64,000 bases of DNA from Callorhinchus milii (Eukaryota), in contig NW_024704742.1 in assembly GCF_018977255.1 (NCBI RefSeq), forward strand, positions 14,076,001-14,140,000, written 5' to 3'. The translations under genes were made by a program, and so were the position numbers. The notes under the pieces are model-generated. The model was not told the DNA's origin. It worked only from the letters and a program-made list of their open reading frames with translations, and did not search any database. Below are positions 52,908-64,000 of the stretch, in pieces. How positions within the stretch are numbered: position 1 is the first letter of the stretch; each line of letters begins with the position of its first letter.

Positions 52908-53352
52908 TGATAATAATAATAATTCTTGTATTTGATATACCGCCTTATCATGTCAGAGGGCTGTCTCAAAGAGCTTCACAGGAAATTACTGTGAAATGGA
53001 GTGACTGTCTACTTGGTAGGCAAATGCAACAGCACAATTACGCACAACAATGTCCCACAAACAGCCATGAAATGAATGACCAATTTTATTTGGGAGAATT
53101 GTTAGCCAGGATACAGCGAGAAACGCCCTTTTCTTTTCAAGTAGAGCCATGGGATCATTAACGTCCACCTGAACAGGCAGAAGGGACCTCGGTTTTACAT
53201 CTCATTTGAAGGACGGCTCCTCTGACAATGCAAAACACCCCCAGCACCTCATTAGTGTGTCAGCTTAGACGATATGAGTTCAAGTCCCAACGTGGGGTTT
53301 AAACCCATAACCTTCTGACTCAGAGGTGAGAGTGCTACCACTGAACCCGGCT
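52908..53352 (-). mobile_element. SINE family B, full length, nested in an antisense CR1 3' end (~52845-53560)
   Basis: Head ccttctgactcagaggtgagagtgctaccactga; CR1-like accctctgagtaaataaatatttcctgatgtc follows. Confidence 0.85.
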
Positions 53353-53734
53353 ATTTGATCTAATCTTTTCAGAATACTCCCCCTACTGTCTTACCATCAT
53401 AGCATCAATCTGTTTCTTAAATTAGTCCATTGTGTTGGACTCAACGATCGTTCCTGGTAACTTGTCCCAATCAATCATAACCCTCTGAGTAAATAAATAT
53501 TTCCTGATGTCTGTCCTGAAACTGCTTCCTGATCCTTTGATCAAGCTCCCTTTGTAAGATCTTTGCTGCCTATTCTGATTCCACAATTCCTTTAACGAGT
53601 TGTTATATCATAGCCAAGCCTTATTTTACACTAGCTTCACCCAATGTCTACATTATTGTTCATTCAATAAGAGATCACTGGATAATGTCCAGGAGATGGA
53701 ACCCCAGCTACTCTGTCTTATTCAGGGAACATGA

Positions 53735-54000
53735 AAAACAATCTTAGAATTAGAACTATATTGATTACAATTAAACCAAAATAAATGTCTTTCACACAAA
53801 GTAGTGTGGGAATGTGCAGTGAACTGCCACAGAAAACCATAAATACAAAATTGATTAAGATGCTTAAGAGACAGTTAAATAAATCCTTGAGAAGAAAGGG
53901 ATGTAGGGAAAGAACACAGAAATGAGATTAAAATATAAAGAGCTGCTATAATTCAATTAAATGACAGAGCAAGTTACACAGACTGAATACTCCTGTTCCT
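53735..54000 (+). mobile_element. Old CR1 3' fragment
   Basis: tctttcacacaaagtagtgtgggaatgtgcagtgaactgccacagaaa. Confidence 0.6.
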
Positions 54001-54139
54001 AATTATAGTGTTAATTAACATACTGTAATATGCAACCTTGATGCTGGAAGTTATTTTTCAAAAAAGTTAGAAATTTTCTTTTAAACAATATTTTGTTTGT
54101 AAATGACATGCAAGAAGGTGAACAGATGAGGGTACAAGC

Positions 54140-54400
54140 AAAATAACATCTTACATTTATAAAGCGCCTCTCACCATTGGCAAGATGTCGCAAAGTGCTT
54201 CACTAGCTGATTGTGAATCCGAGTTGGGTTGGGGGCTAAAATGAGTGAAAGTGCGATCGAAAAGTTAGGTCGTTTTTGAAGACATGAATGGATGGGGTGA
54301 GGCAGAAGGACTCCAAGAATTCAGAGAGTGAGGGCAAAATAGTTGAAAGCTAATGGTGGGGGGCGGGGGAGGAATCGGGTGGGAGACATGTAGCAGTGGA
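54140..54400 (-). mobile_element. Old L2 3' fragment
   Basis: cttacatttataaagcgcctctcacc ... gcaaagtgcttcac. Confidence 0.6.
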
Positions 54401-55761
54401 ACAGTTTGGTGTTAATATTACTTTTCTTGCCATGTTATTATTTGGTTATTTTGTGATTCAAGTTAATAATGGAAAGATATAAGGACTGTTCTGAGCAAGA
54501 GGTTCACAAGACCACAAGATTGGTTCAGATGAAGAAGGCTCTTTAGTCCATTTGATCTAATTCATCCAGAATACCCACCCTACTGACTTCCCATCCTGGC
54601 CTCAACTATTCTTCCTGGTAACCTATTTCAGTCGTTATTTATCTTCTGGGTAAAGAAATACTTCCTGGTGTCTGTTCTGAAATTACCCTTTGCAGTTTTA
54701 CAATTTTTTTATAATATAGTTTATAATTTATTTTATAATATAATATATAAAGAATATCCTGTGAAGCGCTTTGAAATGTCTTGACTATGTGATAAGGCGC
54801 TATATCAAATGCAAGCATTAGTATTATTAATTGCAACCCAAATTCCTCTTATTCTACCATCTTGGTGCATCTAAGCAACAATTTGCATTTATATAGTACC
54901 ATGCACACAGAGTAGCGTACCAGAGCACTTAATCTAAAAGTATTGTCCAGTTGTCGTTTATATTTTCAATCCTAAATTAAATGGTGTACACCTCTCTTTA
55001 GAGGTGTACTTTAGTCCCTTCTTAGATGTCTCCTTTCTGGACTGATTAATCCTTAGCAAAAGCGCTAGAGCTCATGTTCAAAAGGATATAATGGAAAGAT
55101 ATAAAGACTGCAGAGAAATGCAGAGAAATCTAAAGAGGGACATAAAGTGGCTGTGAATGGGAATGGGAAATTTCTGAAAATGACTGTGATTTTTGAAATA
55201 ATGTGTATGTAGTGCTGTAAGTCAGTAAGAATCAGCATTTTGTATTTGCCTCACTCATTAATGTGCTCTTGAAAGAAATGTTCACTTCATTGTGTTAGTT
55301 CATTACACTCGGGCCATGACCCTGCATATTTTAATTAATAGCCTATCTCTGTTATGCATAAAAAATCAAGAATCATTTAAAGGATGATGACAACCACATG
55401 TGGATTTACACCTACTCCCTTTACATTAGTTCTACATCAAGCTGTAATTAGATGGATGCATGTTGCTTATTAGCCCACAATATACACTACTGCCGCTTGG
55501 AAGCCAGGCTCCAACCATGGTGAACATTGTGAAATGTGATTTTAATCAACATAGAAAAATAATAAAGAACCTTGTATTTTCCTTATGTATTCTAATTTAC
55601 CTTGCTGTAGATAATGGGGAAAAGAACTTATTTTGCTTCTTGTTTCAGCACAGCCATTCCCAAATGAAGCACCACTGATATAATTGGTAAATGTCATTGG
55701 TACTTAATCTTAAATATAACCTAAGTGGTGAATGGTAGAAATATCACTCAACCTATTTGGG

Positions 55762-56010
55762 GTTTGGTTTGCAGGGTTAACAGGAGTTGAGTGGTAAGAA
55801 TCCATGTTCCCAGTGACTGGTCTACCCCTCCAGGTCCTATCAATGAGCCAAACTGGCTGGTCTGTCAGCAAGTGTATTAGAGTACTATAGACCCGCCTGA
55901 CTCAGGAACTGGACTGAAACTGCCACAAGCGATAGATCAATTTGAGTATTCCATTGCAAAGCATGTTACCTTGGAGCCAGCTCATCCCAATGACACATGG
56001 TTTACCTTCC
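55762..56010 (-). repeat. Family D copy 3
   Basis: accttggagccagctca is the reverse complement of tgagctggctccaaggt at ~28748-28764; alignment continues to tttgcagggttaacagg. Confidence 0.7.
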
Positions 56011-56269
56011 CCACTCCCAGGGGAATAATCACTCGAGGTTCATTGGACATCCAACAAGTGCAAGTCTGAGCTCCCACTGGGGATAACAGGTCCTAGAAAC
56101 TTCCTGTGAGTCACTTGGTAGGATTGTTACTCAGTTTGAGTAGCATGAGAGCATTACCACCATTCTCCTGCCCACAGCTTGGATAAGCATCCATATCCAC
56201 TGAGTGAGAGTTCCACCAGTTTGAGATACGGAGATCAACAGCAGCTGCATATCTCTTTGCACACTATTT

Positions 56270-56770
56270 AAAGTAGACGCTGAGTCCAAGATATATGAAC
56301 ATGTTCACCAACCCAGACTCCAGGTAATACCTTCCAGAACTATGGTCCCAAACCTCAAAGATTTCTCATCATTTATTCAACAGATGTCTGCCTTCAGCGT
56401 GGCGGAAGGACAGTTTATGATACGTCAGCTGCCTTGATGTTCTAGAGGTTGAAGTCCAAATGTCACATATCAGGCTCAGTTATAAATATATACATTATTG
56501 AACCCAGATCTTCATGGGGAGGGGAGGGTGGAGGGGCTTTGACAAATAGACCTGCCAGCTGTGATGCTGACCCTGTCCTCAGGGTACTCAGGGCCAGATG
56601 AGTGTAGGCTAAGGAACTCTTTCCCTGAACCATTTTTTACCACAAATCTGTCTCTGTTTAGTCATGGACTTTGCAAATGATTCAAAGTAAACCCCTTGCT
56701 GCATGCCCAGGAGCTCGGTACATGAAGGAGTACTGTTAGAATACATGTTTTATATACAAGCTTATCTGCA
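56270..56770 (-). mobile_element. Possible very old RTE-like LINE remnant
   Basis: Minus-strand peptides KLVYKTCILTVLLHVPSSW and VNMFIYLG resemble RTE motifs (K..VY.A.VL..LLYG.E.W and F.YLG), but they occur in non-canonical order. Confidence 0.3.
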
Positions 56771-57467
56771 TTGGGACCTTGCTGTCTTTGACCAGAGTGC
56801 TGTTTGCCCCTGACCCAAAAGATAGTTTCCACGCAAATGTGTCCACCAGAACACCATGTAGCAATTTGAGTCAACAATCGGGACAGATATCCCTTATGTC
56901 TTACAATTGGTACAGTATCTTCCAGATAGCCCCTCTTGTTGTGCAGATCCATAATGCCACACTTAGGAGCACCCACAATTAGGTGCCACTGAGTGCCTTA
57001 GAGTTGAAGAAGGTGGGTCCAGTACACGTGATCTCCAAGTGAGGCCATGAAAAGTGCAATATCTGCAAACAAAATGCCACAATTCTATCAGCAATGCTCC
57101 TGAATCGCAAAATGTATTCTTAATAAGATATTTGGAGCAAAAAATGTTCATGCTGCTAGATATAGCCAAATCAATGATGTGCTGGTTTAATCTGAACCTC
57201 TGTCATTGTCAAAGTGGGTATGCTTCGCAGCAAAAGAAATTTCACCCTCTTTGAAATCAAGTTGCTCTGTCCACTTAAAAGTTGATGCAGCTAAGATCAA
57301 ACCATACATGTGTGCACAAACAGTGTTATTTCATTGATTTATATATCTGTTTGGGGTAGTTGGTAGCATTCTCACAGCTGGAGAACGAAGTGGGCAATGT
57401 TGTCATGAAGGTGATATGCTAAACTGAGCTCTTATTCTTGTTGTCTGGGTGGACGTAAAATGTTCCT

Positions 57468-57945
57468 TATAATAATAATAATAATCCTTGCATTTGTTAT
57501 AGTGCTTTTCATGTCGGGAGAACGTCCCAAAGCGCTTCACAGAATATACTGTAAAGTGAATTGCCTGTATATTTGTGGGCGAACGCGGCAGCCAGTTGCT
57601 CACAGCGGTGTCCCACAAACAGTCATAATAATAATAATAATCCTTGCATTTGATATAGTGCTTTTCACGTCGGGAGGACGTCCCAAAGCGCTTCACAGAA
57701 CACACTGTAAAGTGAATTGACTGTATATTTGTGGGCGAACGCGGCAGCCAATTGCGCACAGCAGTGTCCCACAAACAGTCATGGATTGAAAATGACCAAT
57801 TTATTGTTGTTTTTGTTTTTTTGAGGGATTATTGTTAGGCGTGTGGAGTAAGGAAACTTGCCCAAGGTTTCGCCCTCTGCCTGGAATTGAACTCAGGTCT
57901 CTCGCTTGCAAAGCGAGTGCTCTAACCACTGAGCTACAGGACTCC
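57468..57945 (-). mobile_element. SINE family A, young, with a tandemly duplicated 3' ~156 bp
   Basis: (aat)n ccttgcattt...cccacaaacagtc occurs twice (57469-57624, 57625-57780); single head at 57945. Confidence 0.93.
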
Positions 57946-58539
57946 TTCTTTCTATCTGGAAGAAAAGTAGGAAGTCTTGGCCAATGGTCCTTCCTCATCT
58001 AAATGAATCAAAACACAGATTAATTAGTCACTCTTTCCATTGCTATTTGTAGATTATTGTTGATGCAGATTAGCTGCCACTGTTGCCTACATAACAGCAG
58101 TCAACTTCAGAGTGTGAAGATGTTTCAATGTGATATGATGCTATATCAAATGCAAGTGTTATTTATTTTGTGTACATTGCACTGATCTTCCAGTGAGGGT
58201 GAGGTCTAGGGTTTTAGCTCCTGCACGTGGCTGGAGATACTATAACAAATAAATTTATTTTTCTGATCCTATTTGCCTGATGGTGATCCAATAGGAGAAT
58301 CAGGTTTCATCTAAGAAAGACAATTTTTTCTCTTAATTCCTTTGAAAATTCAAGGATTAACCACAAATTAGCTTTCTGGATTGAAATTTATTTTAGGAAT
58401 GGAAAACAGGAGGTGATGATGAATGAACAAATCCACTTCAGGAGGAAGTGACTTTTTGAGCTCCACAAGCATTTATTCCTGGTCCCCTGCTGTTTGCACT
58501 GTTCAGAAACAACATGAGAAGAATTCTGGTAATGCTACC

Positions 58540-58995
58540 ATGCTTCTTGATAACAGAAATATGTGTGTCATTCTGGTCCAGTAGGAGTTGTTGCTACCTC
58601 CTGCTTTTGTCACCCATCTCGATTTCTCCTATGCCCTCCTTTGCAGGCTCTGCAGCTCCACCAACTAATTCAAAAGTCCACCTCCTGTATACTTAATTGG
58701 GCCAAACTCTGCACCCTTATCACCGCAGTCCTAGCCAGGCTCCACTTGACCCCTCCGCTATACCAACGGCAGACGTGTATTCAGCCACTATGCCTCGAAC
58801 CTCTGTAACGCTCTGTGTCACCCTTGCTCCCTCTTTACCCGCTTTCAGATCACACTTGAAGATTTTCTTCTTTGACCATGCCAGTGGTCACCTCCCCTTT
58901 CTTCCTGATTCAGTCGTCAAAACTACACTAATGGTAAGTGCTCTGAGATGCTACCTCAAGTGAAGAGTGCTATATAAATGTAAGTTGTTGTTGTA
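58540..58995 (+). mobile_element. Old L2 3' fragment
   Basis: LQLHQLIQK..ITAVLARLH, AFRSHLKIFFFDHA, tail gctatataaatgtaagttgttgttg. Confidence 0.75.
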
Positions 58996-59394
58996 TTCAA
59001 TGTCCTATGTATAATATGCAGAATCTCATTTGCCTGCTTATTGGCTTTTCTTCTTGCACTCACATGCTTAAAGTGTGCATCTGCACCATTAAATTTATTT
59101 GTTTCTCCAAATCATTGAGAAGTTTACCATTTAGGATATCAACATTGTCATCATCATAATGATGATGATAATAATAATTACATTTGATGTAATGCCTGTC
59201 CACATCAAGATGATGTCTCAAAACACTTCATTGGATTTTACTGTAAAGTGAGATACCCTATTTTATGATTCAAGGTGTTTATTTTTAGACCTGGAAGTGA
59301 CAATTTGATGTTGCAGATCGGTAAACCAACTAAATAAAGGCAGTTTCCTGTATTATTGTTTACTGATTATCCCCTCCAACAACAACACATCAGA

Positions 59395-59865
59395 AAGAGC
59401 TCTGCAGAGGAATTGAAAATGTGGTGGTAGAATGGCCTCAGGGAGCAGTGGAGTGCCAGAGCCGTGTCTGTTAACACCGGTGATAATAGGTAATCATTTT
59501 GTGGCGTTCAATAACAAGTTCCTTGTGATGGTTAAAGATTATCGAACAGCACAAACTACCCAATAGGTCTTAAAGCTAAGTTCAGGTGGAATTTCACATC
59601 GCTACACATTACAGGTTTGAATCTAGACTCAGTTGGATGATATTAGCCAGGAGAGCAGTTGCCCTCAGGCAGGAAAGTGGAAACCACAGCCAAGATACCT
59701 AATCCTGATCCCTATCTAGTGTAGTGACCCAAGTTAGAAAGTATGTGTGTGGACACTGGGTGAAGATTTTATTCAATTCAATTGTAATGCACTCCCCGTT
59801 GTCAAGAAACCTGTGGGTGCTCTATCTTGGCTCACACAGAGCCACTGGGTGAGTTACCAGAGGAT
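59395..59865 (+). repeat. Long inverted repeat, left arm (471 bp)
   Basis: Reverse complement of 60359-60829 with 7 substitutions by manual count and no indels. Confidence 0.97.
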
Positions 59866-60104
59866 GAGTGATGCCTGTAGTATTCTACCCCATGAAATGG
59901 TTATCTCCAACTCATTCAAAACCTTATTTTTTTTCTATACTAAGCTCTACACACCTATTAAAACCAGGCAAAATTGTCTCTAAATACCCCTCTAGATAAA
60001 CATCAAGATTGTTCTGAACTTCAAATCTCTCAATTGTCTTCTTACCGGCTTCCTACCTACTCAATTTGCTCCAGTCTATTCCTTCGCTCCCTCTATCCCA
60101 TCCT

Positions 60105-60250
60105 TGGCTGTTTGTGGGACATTGCTGTACATAAGTAGGCTAGTGTGTTGACTCAGAAGTATACAATTACTAAATCCTTTGAGATGCTTTGGAACCTCCT
60201 ACCAACGTGAAAGGCAGAACACTAAATGCAAGGATTATTATTATTATTAC
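60105..60250 (+). mobile_element. Deu SINE 3' fragment nested in an old L2 3' fragment (~60020-60960)
   Basis: ggctgtttgtgggacattgctgt ... aaatgcaaggattattattatt; L2-like ttatggaactctcttcc follows. Confidence 0.75.
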
Positions 60251-60358
60251 CGTTGGGTGGTTCAGCCTTTAGGCATTGTGCCTCCACTTTATGGAACTCT
60301 CTTCCTAAATTTCTTCACCTTGCACCTTTCCTTGGTAAAACCTTCACCTTAAAGGATT

Positions 60359-60829
60359 ATCCTCTGGTAACTCACCCAGTGGCTCTGTGTGAGCCAAGAT
60401 AGAGCACCCACAGGTTTCTTGACAACGGGGAGTGCATTACAATTGAATTGAATAAAGTCTTCACCCAGTGTCCACACACATACTTTCTAACTTGGGTCAC
60501 TACACTAGATAGGAATCAGGATTAGGTATCTTGGCTGTGGTTTCCACTTTCGTGCCTGAGGGCAACTGCTCTCCTGGCTAATATCATCCAACTGAGTCTA
60601 GATTCAAACCTGTAATGTGTAGCGATGTGAAATTCCACCTGATCTTAGCTTTAAGACCTATTGGGTAGTTTGTGCTGTTCGATAATCTTTAACCATCACA
60701 AGGAACTTGTTATTGAATGCCACAAAATGATTACCTATTATCACCGGTGTTAACAGACACGGCTCTGGCACTCCACTGTTCCCTGAGGCCATTCTACCAC
60801 CACATTTTCAATTCCTTTGCAGAGCTCTT
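60359..60829 (-). repeat. Long inverted repeat, right arm (471 bp)
   Basis: Reverse complement of 59395-59865. Confidence 0.97.
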
Positions 60830-61334
60830 CACCAAGGTGAAGAAGTTGTCTCTTCTTTCCCCCCTGCTTGGTGATTCCCCATTATGTGACCGAGAAGCAT
60901 TTCCAGACAATATGAAAACCATCCTTAATCATTGTACAAATGCAAGTTATTGTTGATGTTGTCCCCTTCGAAAGAGAAGAGTACAATGGCAGCAAAGTGT
61001 AAGAGGGTACTCAAACAAGTTTTTTACTCCTATATAATGTTCAGTACTGGTAAAGTTGCGTTTGGAATACTGTTTAAATTTTTGAGCATGCTGCTTTCAA
61101 AAAGGCTTTGATGTTAGGGTTCAAAGGCAAGCAACAATGATCATTCCTGGACTTCAGACTCTTAAATAATGCAGAGAGACAAATAGAATCAAAGTTGATT
61201 TCTTTGCACACAGGTAGATTGTTTTTGAGACGTTATCCATTTCCTTTTACATGATGAAATGTGTGAATGTTTATGTAGACGTATTATTTAACAAACTACA
61301 ATTGCAGCACAAAAGGTAAAAAGCATCAAGTCAG

Positions 61335-61919
61335 ACAACAACAACAACAACAAGATTCCATTTATAAAGTGCCTTTCACGTCAGGAGGACGTCCCAAGGC
61401 GCTGCACAGTTGGGTCATGACCTGAGCAGGGGGGAAATGGTCAGGGTGAAGGGAGGGAGCGAGGAGGGGGGAAATGGTCAGGGTGAGGGGAGGGAAGGGA
61501 GGGAGCAAGGAGGGGGGAAATGGTCAGGGTGAGGGGAGGGAAGGGAGGGAGCGAGGAGGGGGAAATGGTCAGGGTGAGGGGAGGGAAGGGAGGGATCGAG
61601 GAGGGGGAAGAGAGTCGAGAGGGGAGCTGAAGGCTCGGTCAAAGAGAAAGGTTTTGAGACCGGCCTTGAAGGAAGAGAGGGAGGAAGCGGCGAAGGCACT
61701 GGGGGATAGAGTTCCAGAGCCTCGGGGCTGAGAGGCTGAAGGCCCGACCACCGATGGTAGGGCGATTGGGGCGGGGGACGTGGAGCAGACCAAAGCCGGA
61801 GGAACAGAGGGTATGGGCAGGTAGTAAGGGGGATAGTAGGTCAGAGAGGTAGGAGGGAGCAAGGCCGTGGATGGCCTTATAGGTGAGGATGAGGATCTTG
61901 AAATCAATCCTCTGAGGAT
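61335..61919 (-). mobile_element. Young L2 3' fragment, same subfamily as 33478-35570
   Basis: (aac)n aagattccatt tail, expanded G-rich 3' UTR repeat, TSD tcagacaa at 61331-61338 / 61921-61928. Confidence 0.95.
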
Positions 61920-62123
61920 TTCAGACAATAAATTAAGAGATTTTTTTTCCCTTTCAAAATAGTTGATAATGGAATTGCCTCCCAATTAAAACAGATGATG
62001 CTCTGTTCATCAACTCCTTTAAACATGGAACTAGATTAATATCTGGTTATGGAGAGATACATGGTAAAAAGTGTATAGCATGATGAGTCTAGACAGAGAT
62101 GATGAAATACTCCATGGAATACA

Positions 62124-63090
62124 GCAACAACAACAACAAATTATATTTGTATAACACCTTTCACGTCGGGAGGACGTCCCAAGGCACAGGAAAATCAGTG
62201 TTTCAGGCCCGAGCCGGGGGTCAAGATTGGGGAAGATAGAGGGCAGGGGGGAAGGAGAATGATCAAAGACAGTCGAGGAGGAGGGTCGTGAGATGGATCT
62301 TGAAGGAGGCAAGGGAGGGGGCGAGGTGCAGGGATGGAGTTCCAGAGGTTGGGGGCAGAGTGGCTGAAGGCCCGTTCGCCATTGGTGGGGCGGGTGAGAT
62401 GAGGGACGTGAAGCAGGCCGGAGCCCGCTGAGCAGTGGGAGCAGGCTGGTAGGGTGTTAGGAGGTCAGAGAGGGAGGGGGGGAGTAAGGCCATGAAGGGC
62501 TTTGAAGGTGAGGACCAGGATCTTGAACTGTATCCTTTGTGTGATGGGTAGCCAGTGGAGTCAGGCGAGGATGGGGGTGATAGGGTTACGGAGCCTGGTG
62601 TGGGAGAGGATACGGGCTCCAGAGTTCTGGATGATCTGCAGCCTGTGGAGAGGAGTTGGGGAGGCCGACAAGCAGGGAGTTTTTATAGTCAAGCCTGGAT
62701 GTTATGAATGAGTGTAGGAGGGTCTCGCCAGCCTGCGGTGTGAGCCAGTGGCGGAGCCGTGTGATGTTGCGCTAGTGGGGGAAGGCAGAGCAGGTGATGC
62801 CATGGATGTGGGGTAGAAAGGATAGTTGAGGACCCCAAGGTTCCGGAATGGCTCAGTGAGGTGGATTGCGCATCCTTGTGGATGGTGATGCTGTCAGCGC
62901 CTGAGTTGTGGAGGTGCTGATGGGAGCTAATCAGGATGGCCTCGGTTTTGTTGATGTTCAACTGTAGAAAGTTAGCTCTCATCCAGGACTTGACATCTAG
63001 CAGACATTCTGTCAGGACAGCAGTGGTCCTGGAGTCGAGGGTGGAGGCAGAGAGATAGAGTTTGGGGTCATCTGCATAAATGTGGAAGGA
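62124..63090 (-). mobile_element. Older L2 3' fragment
   Basis: ORF 62689-63111 contains FHIYADDPKLY..WMRANFLQLNINKTEA; (aac)n tail at 62124-62139. Confidence 0.9.
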
Positions 63091-64000
63091 AATACAATAA
63101 TTCCTGTGCAACGAGGCTGAAAGTGTAATCTGGATAAAGCAATTGGTCAGGATTGAATAATAATAATTTGAGTATGGAATGATATCCTGGAGCTTTTATT
63201 TGATTATCGTAGAAGGAAAGGATAAATAATTCGCAGAACACTGTCTACTTGGAAGTTTTACCTTTTTTGGCCAGATTCCATAACAGCAGCACTAATTGTA
63301 CGCAGCATGTTGGAAGTCATAGCCTCAGTGGCTTAATATCATTCACACTCTCTTCACAAGATCACCAGGGAAATTTGGATGAAGAAGTCTCTTGCAGCAT
63401 ACTAATCCTACCACGTCATTTAGAAAGGAAAGTCCCAACACTGGGGAGGCAGTGTGCCCTTTAGAAACCTAAGGGAAGATGTGAGACGACAGTTTTATTC
63501 CAGTAAGAAGCTGTTATTTTCCAACTTTATTGAATGTATTGATTGTGAGAAACAGTTTCACATCTACGTTTTTATTAGGCATGAGCACAAAATATCACTT
63601 CTGCAGGTTCCCTTTGAATGAACTCAACTAATGTTTATCAGGCTTTTAAACCAGATGTCGTCCTTCAAACCTTTTCTGTTCTCCACAAAAACCCCTCAAA
63701 CACTCTAACTAATGCATTACAAGAAGCTAACTAATCGACATTAGAAATCGCAACATTTCAACTAATCAATCAAATACAGGATGGACGAGTCAACATCTAA
63801 AGTACCTGAGAGGCATCCCAAACCGTGTTCAATTTACAAAGCATTTATGAGGCTAAAAAGGCAACTATGGGTTGATTTAGTGCATTCTTGCTCCGCAGTA
63901 AAGTACAAAATACATGTTAGGCTCCAACTGGCAGCTGTGTCATTTATTAAGCATTTATAAGTTAGGTTGCTCCAGTTATGCTGCCTATCTGTGGCGTTTG

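Noticed and set aside
57403..57774. Repeated peptide ORF (WDTAVRNWLPRSPTNIQ..YYYY) as a repeat-protein family
   Set aside because: It is a chance translation of the SINE 3' module and (ATT)n tail, recurring wherever the SINE occurs.
59395..60829. Interpreting the long inverted repeat as transposon TIRs
   Set aside because: There is no TSD or transposase. The spacer is old L2/SINE debris, and the right arm interrupts an L2 that continues outside the structure.

Overview
Repeat-rich, AT-rich vertebrate genomic DNA. The repeat families (L2 LINEs with (TTG)n tails, Deu-domain SINEs, a Penelope 3' end) suggest a cartilaginous fish, possibly a holocephalan; this is an inference. I found no host protein-coding exon, RNA gene or CRISPR that I can support, so the window reads as intronic or intergenic. 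Every long ORF is L2 reverse transcriptase, or an alternative or antisense frame of L2/SINE copies. Contents: (1) two young 5'-truncated L2 copies (2597-4116, 33478-35570) plus many 3' fragments; (2) old CR1 fragments; (3) two tRNA-headed Deu-type SINE families that share an L2-derived tail; (4) a Penelope-like relic with a GIY-YIG C-terminus and a decayed minimal hammerhead motif; (5) a Penelope-derived fold-back with a 15-bp target duplication; (6) a hAT-type MITE. The most striking structure is a 471-bp inverted duplication, about 98.5% identical (59395-59865 / 60359-60829), whose right arm splits an old L2 tail and looks like a local template-switch insertion. I did not find a convincing new multi-gene system. 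The findings are structural and mobile-element observations.
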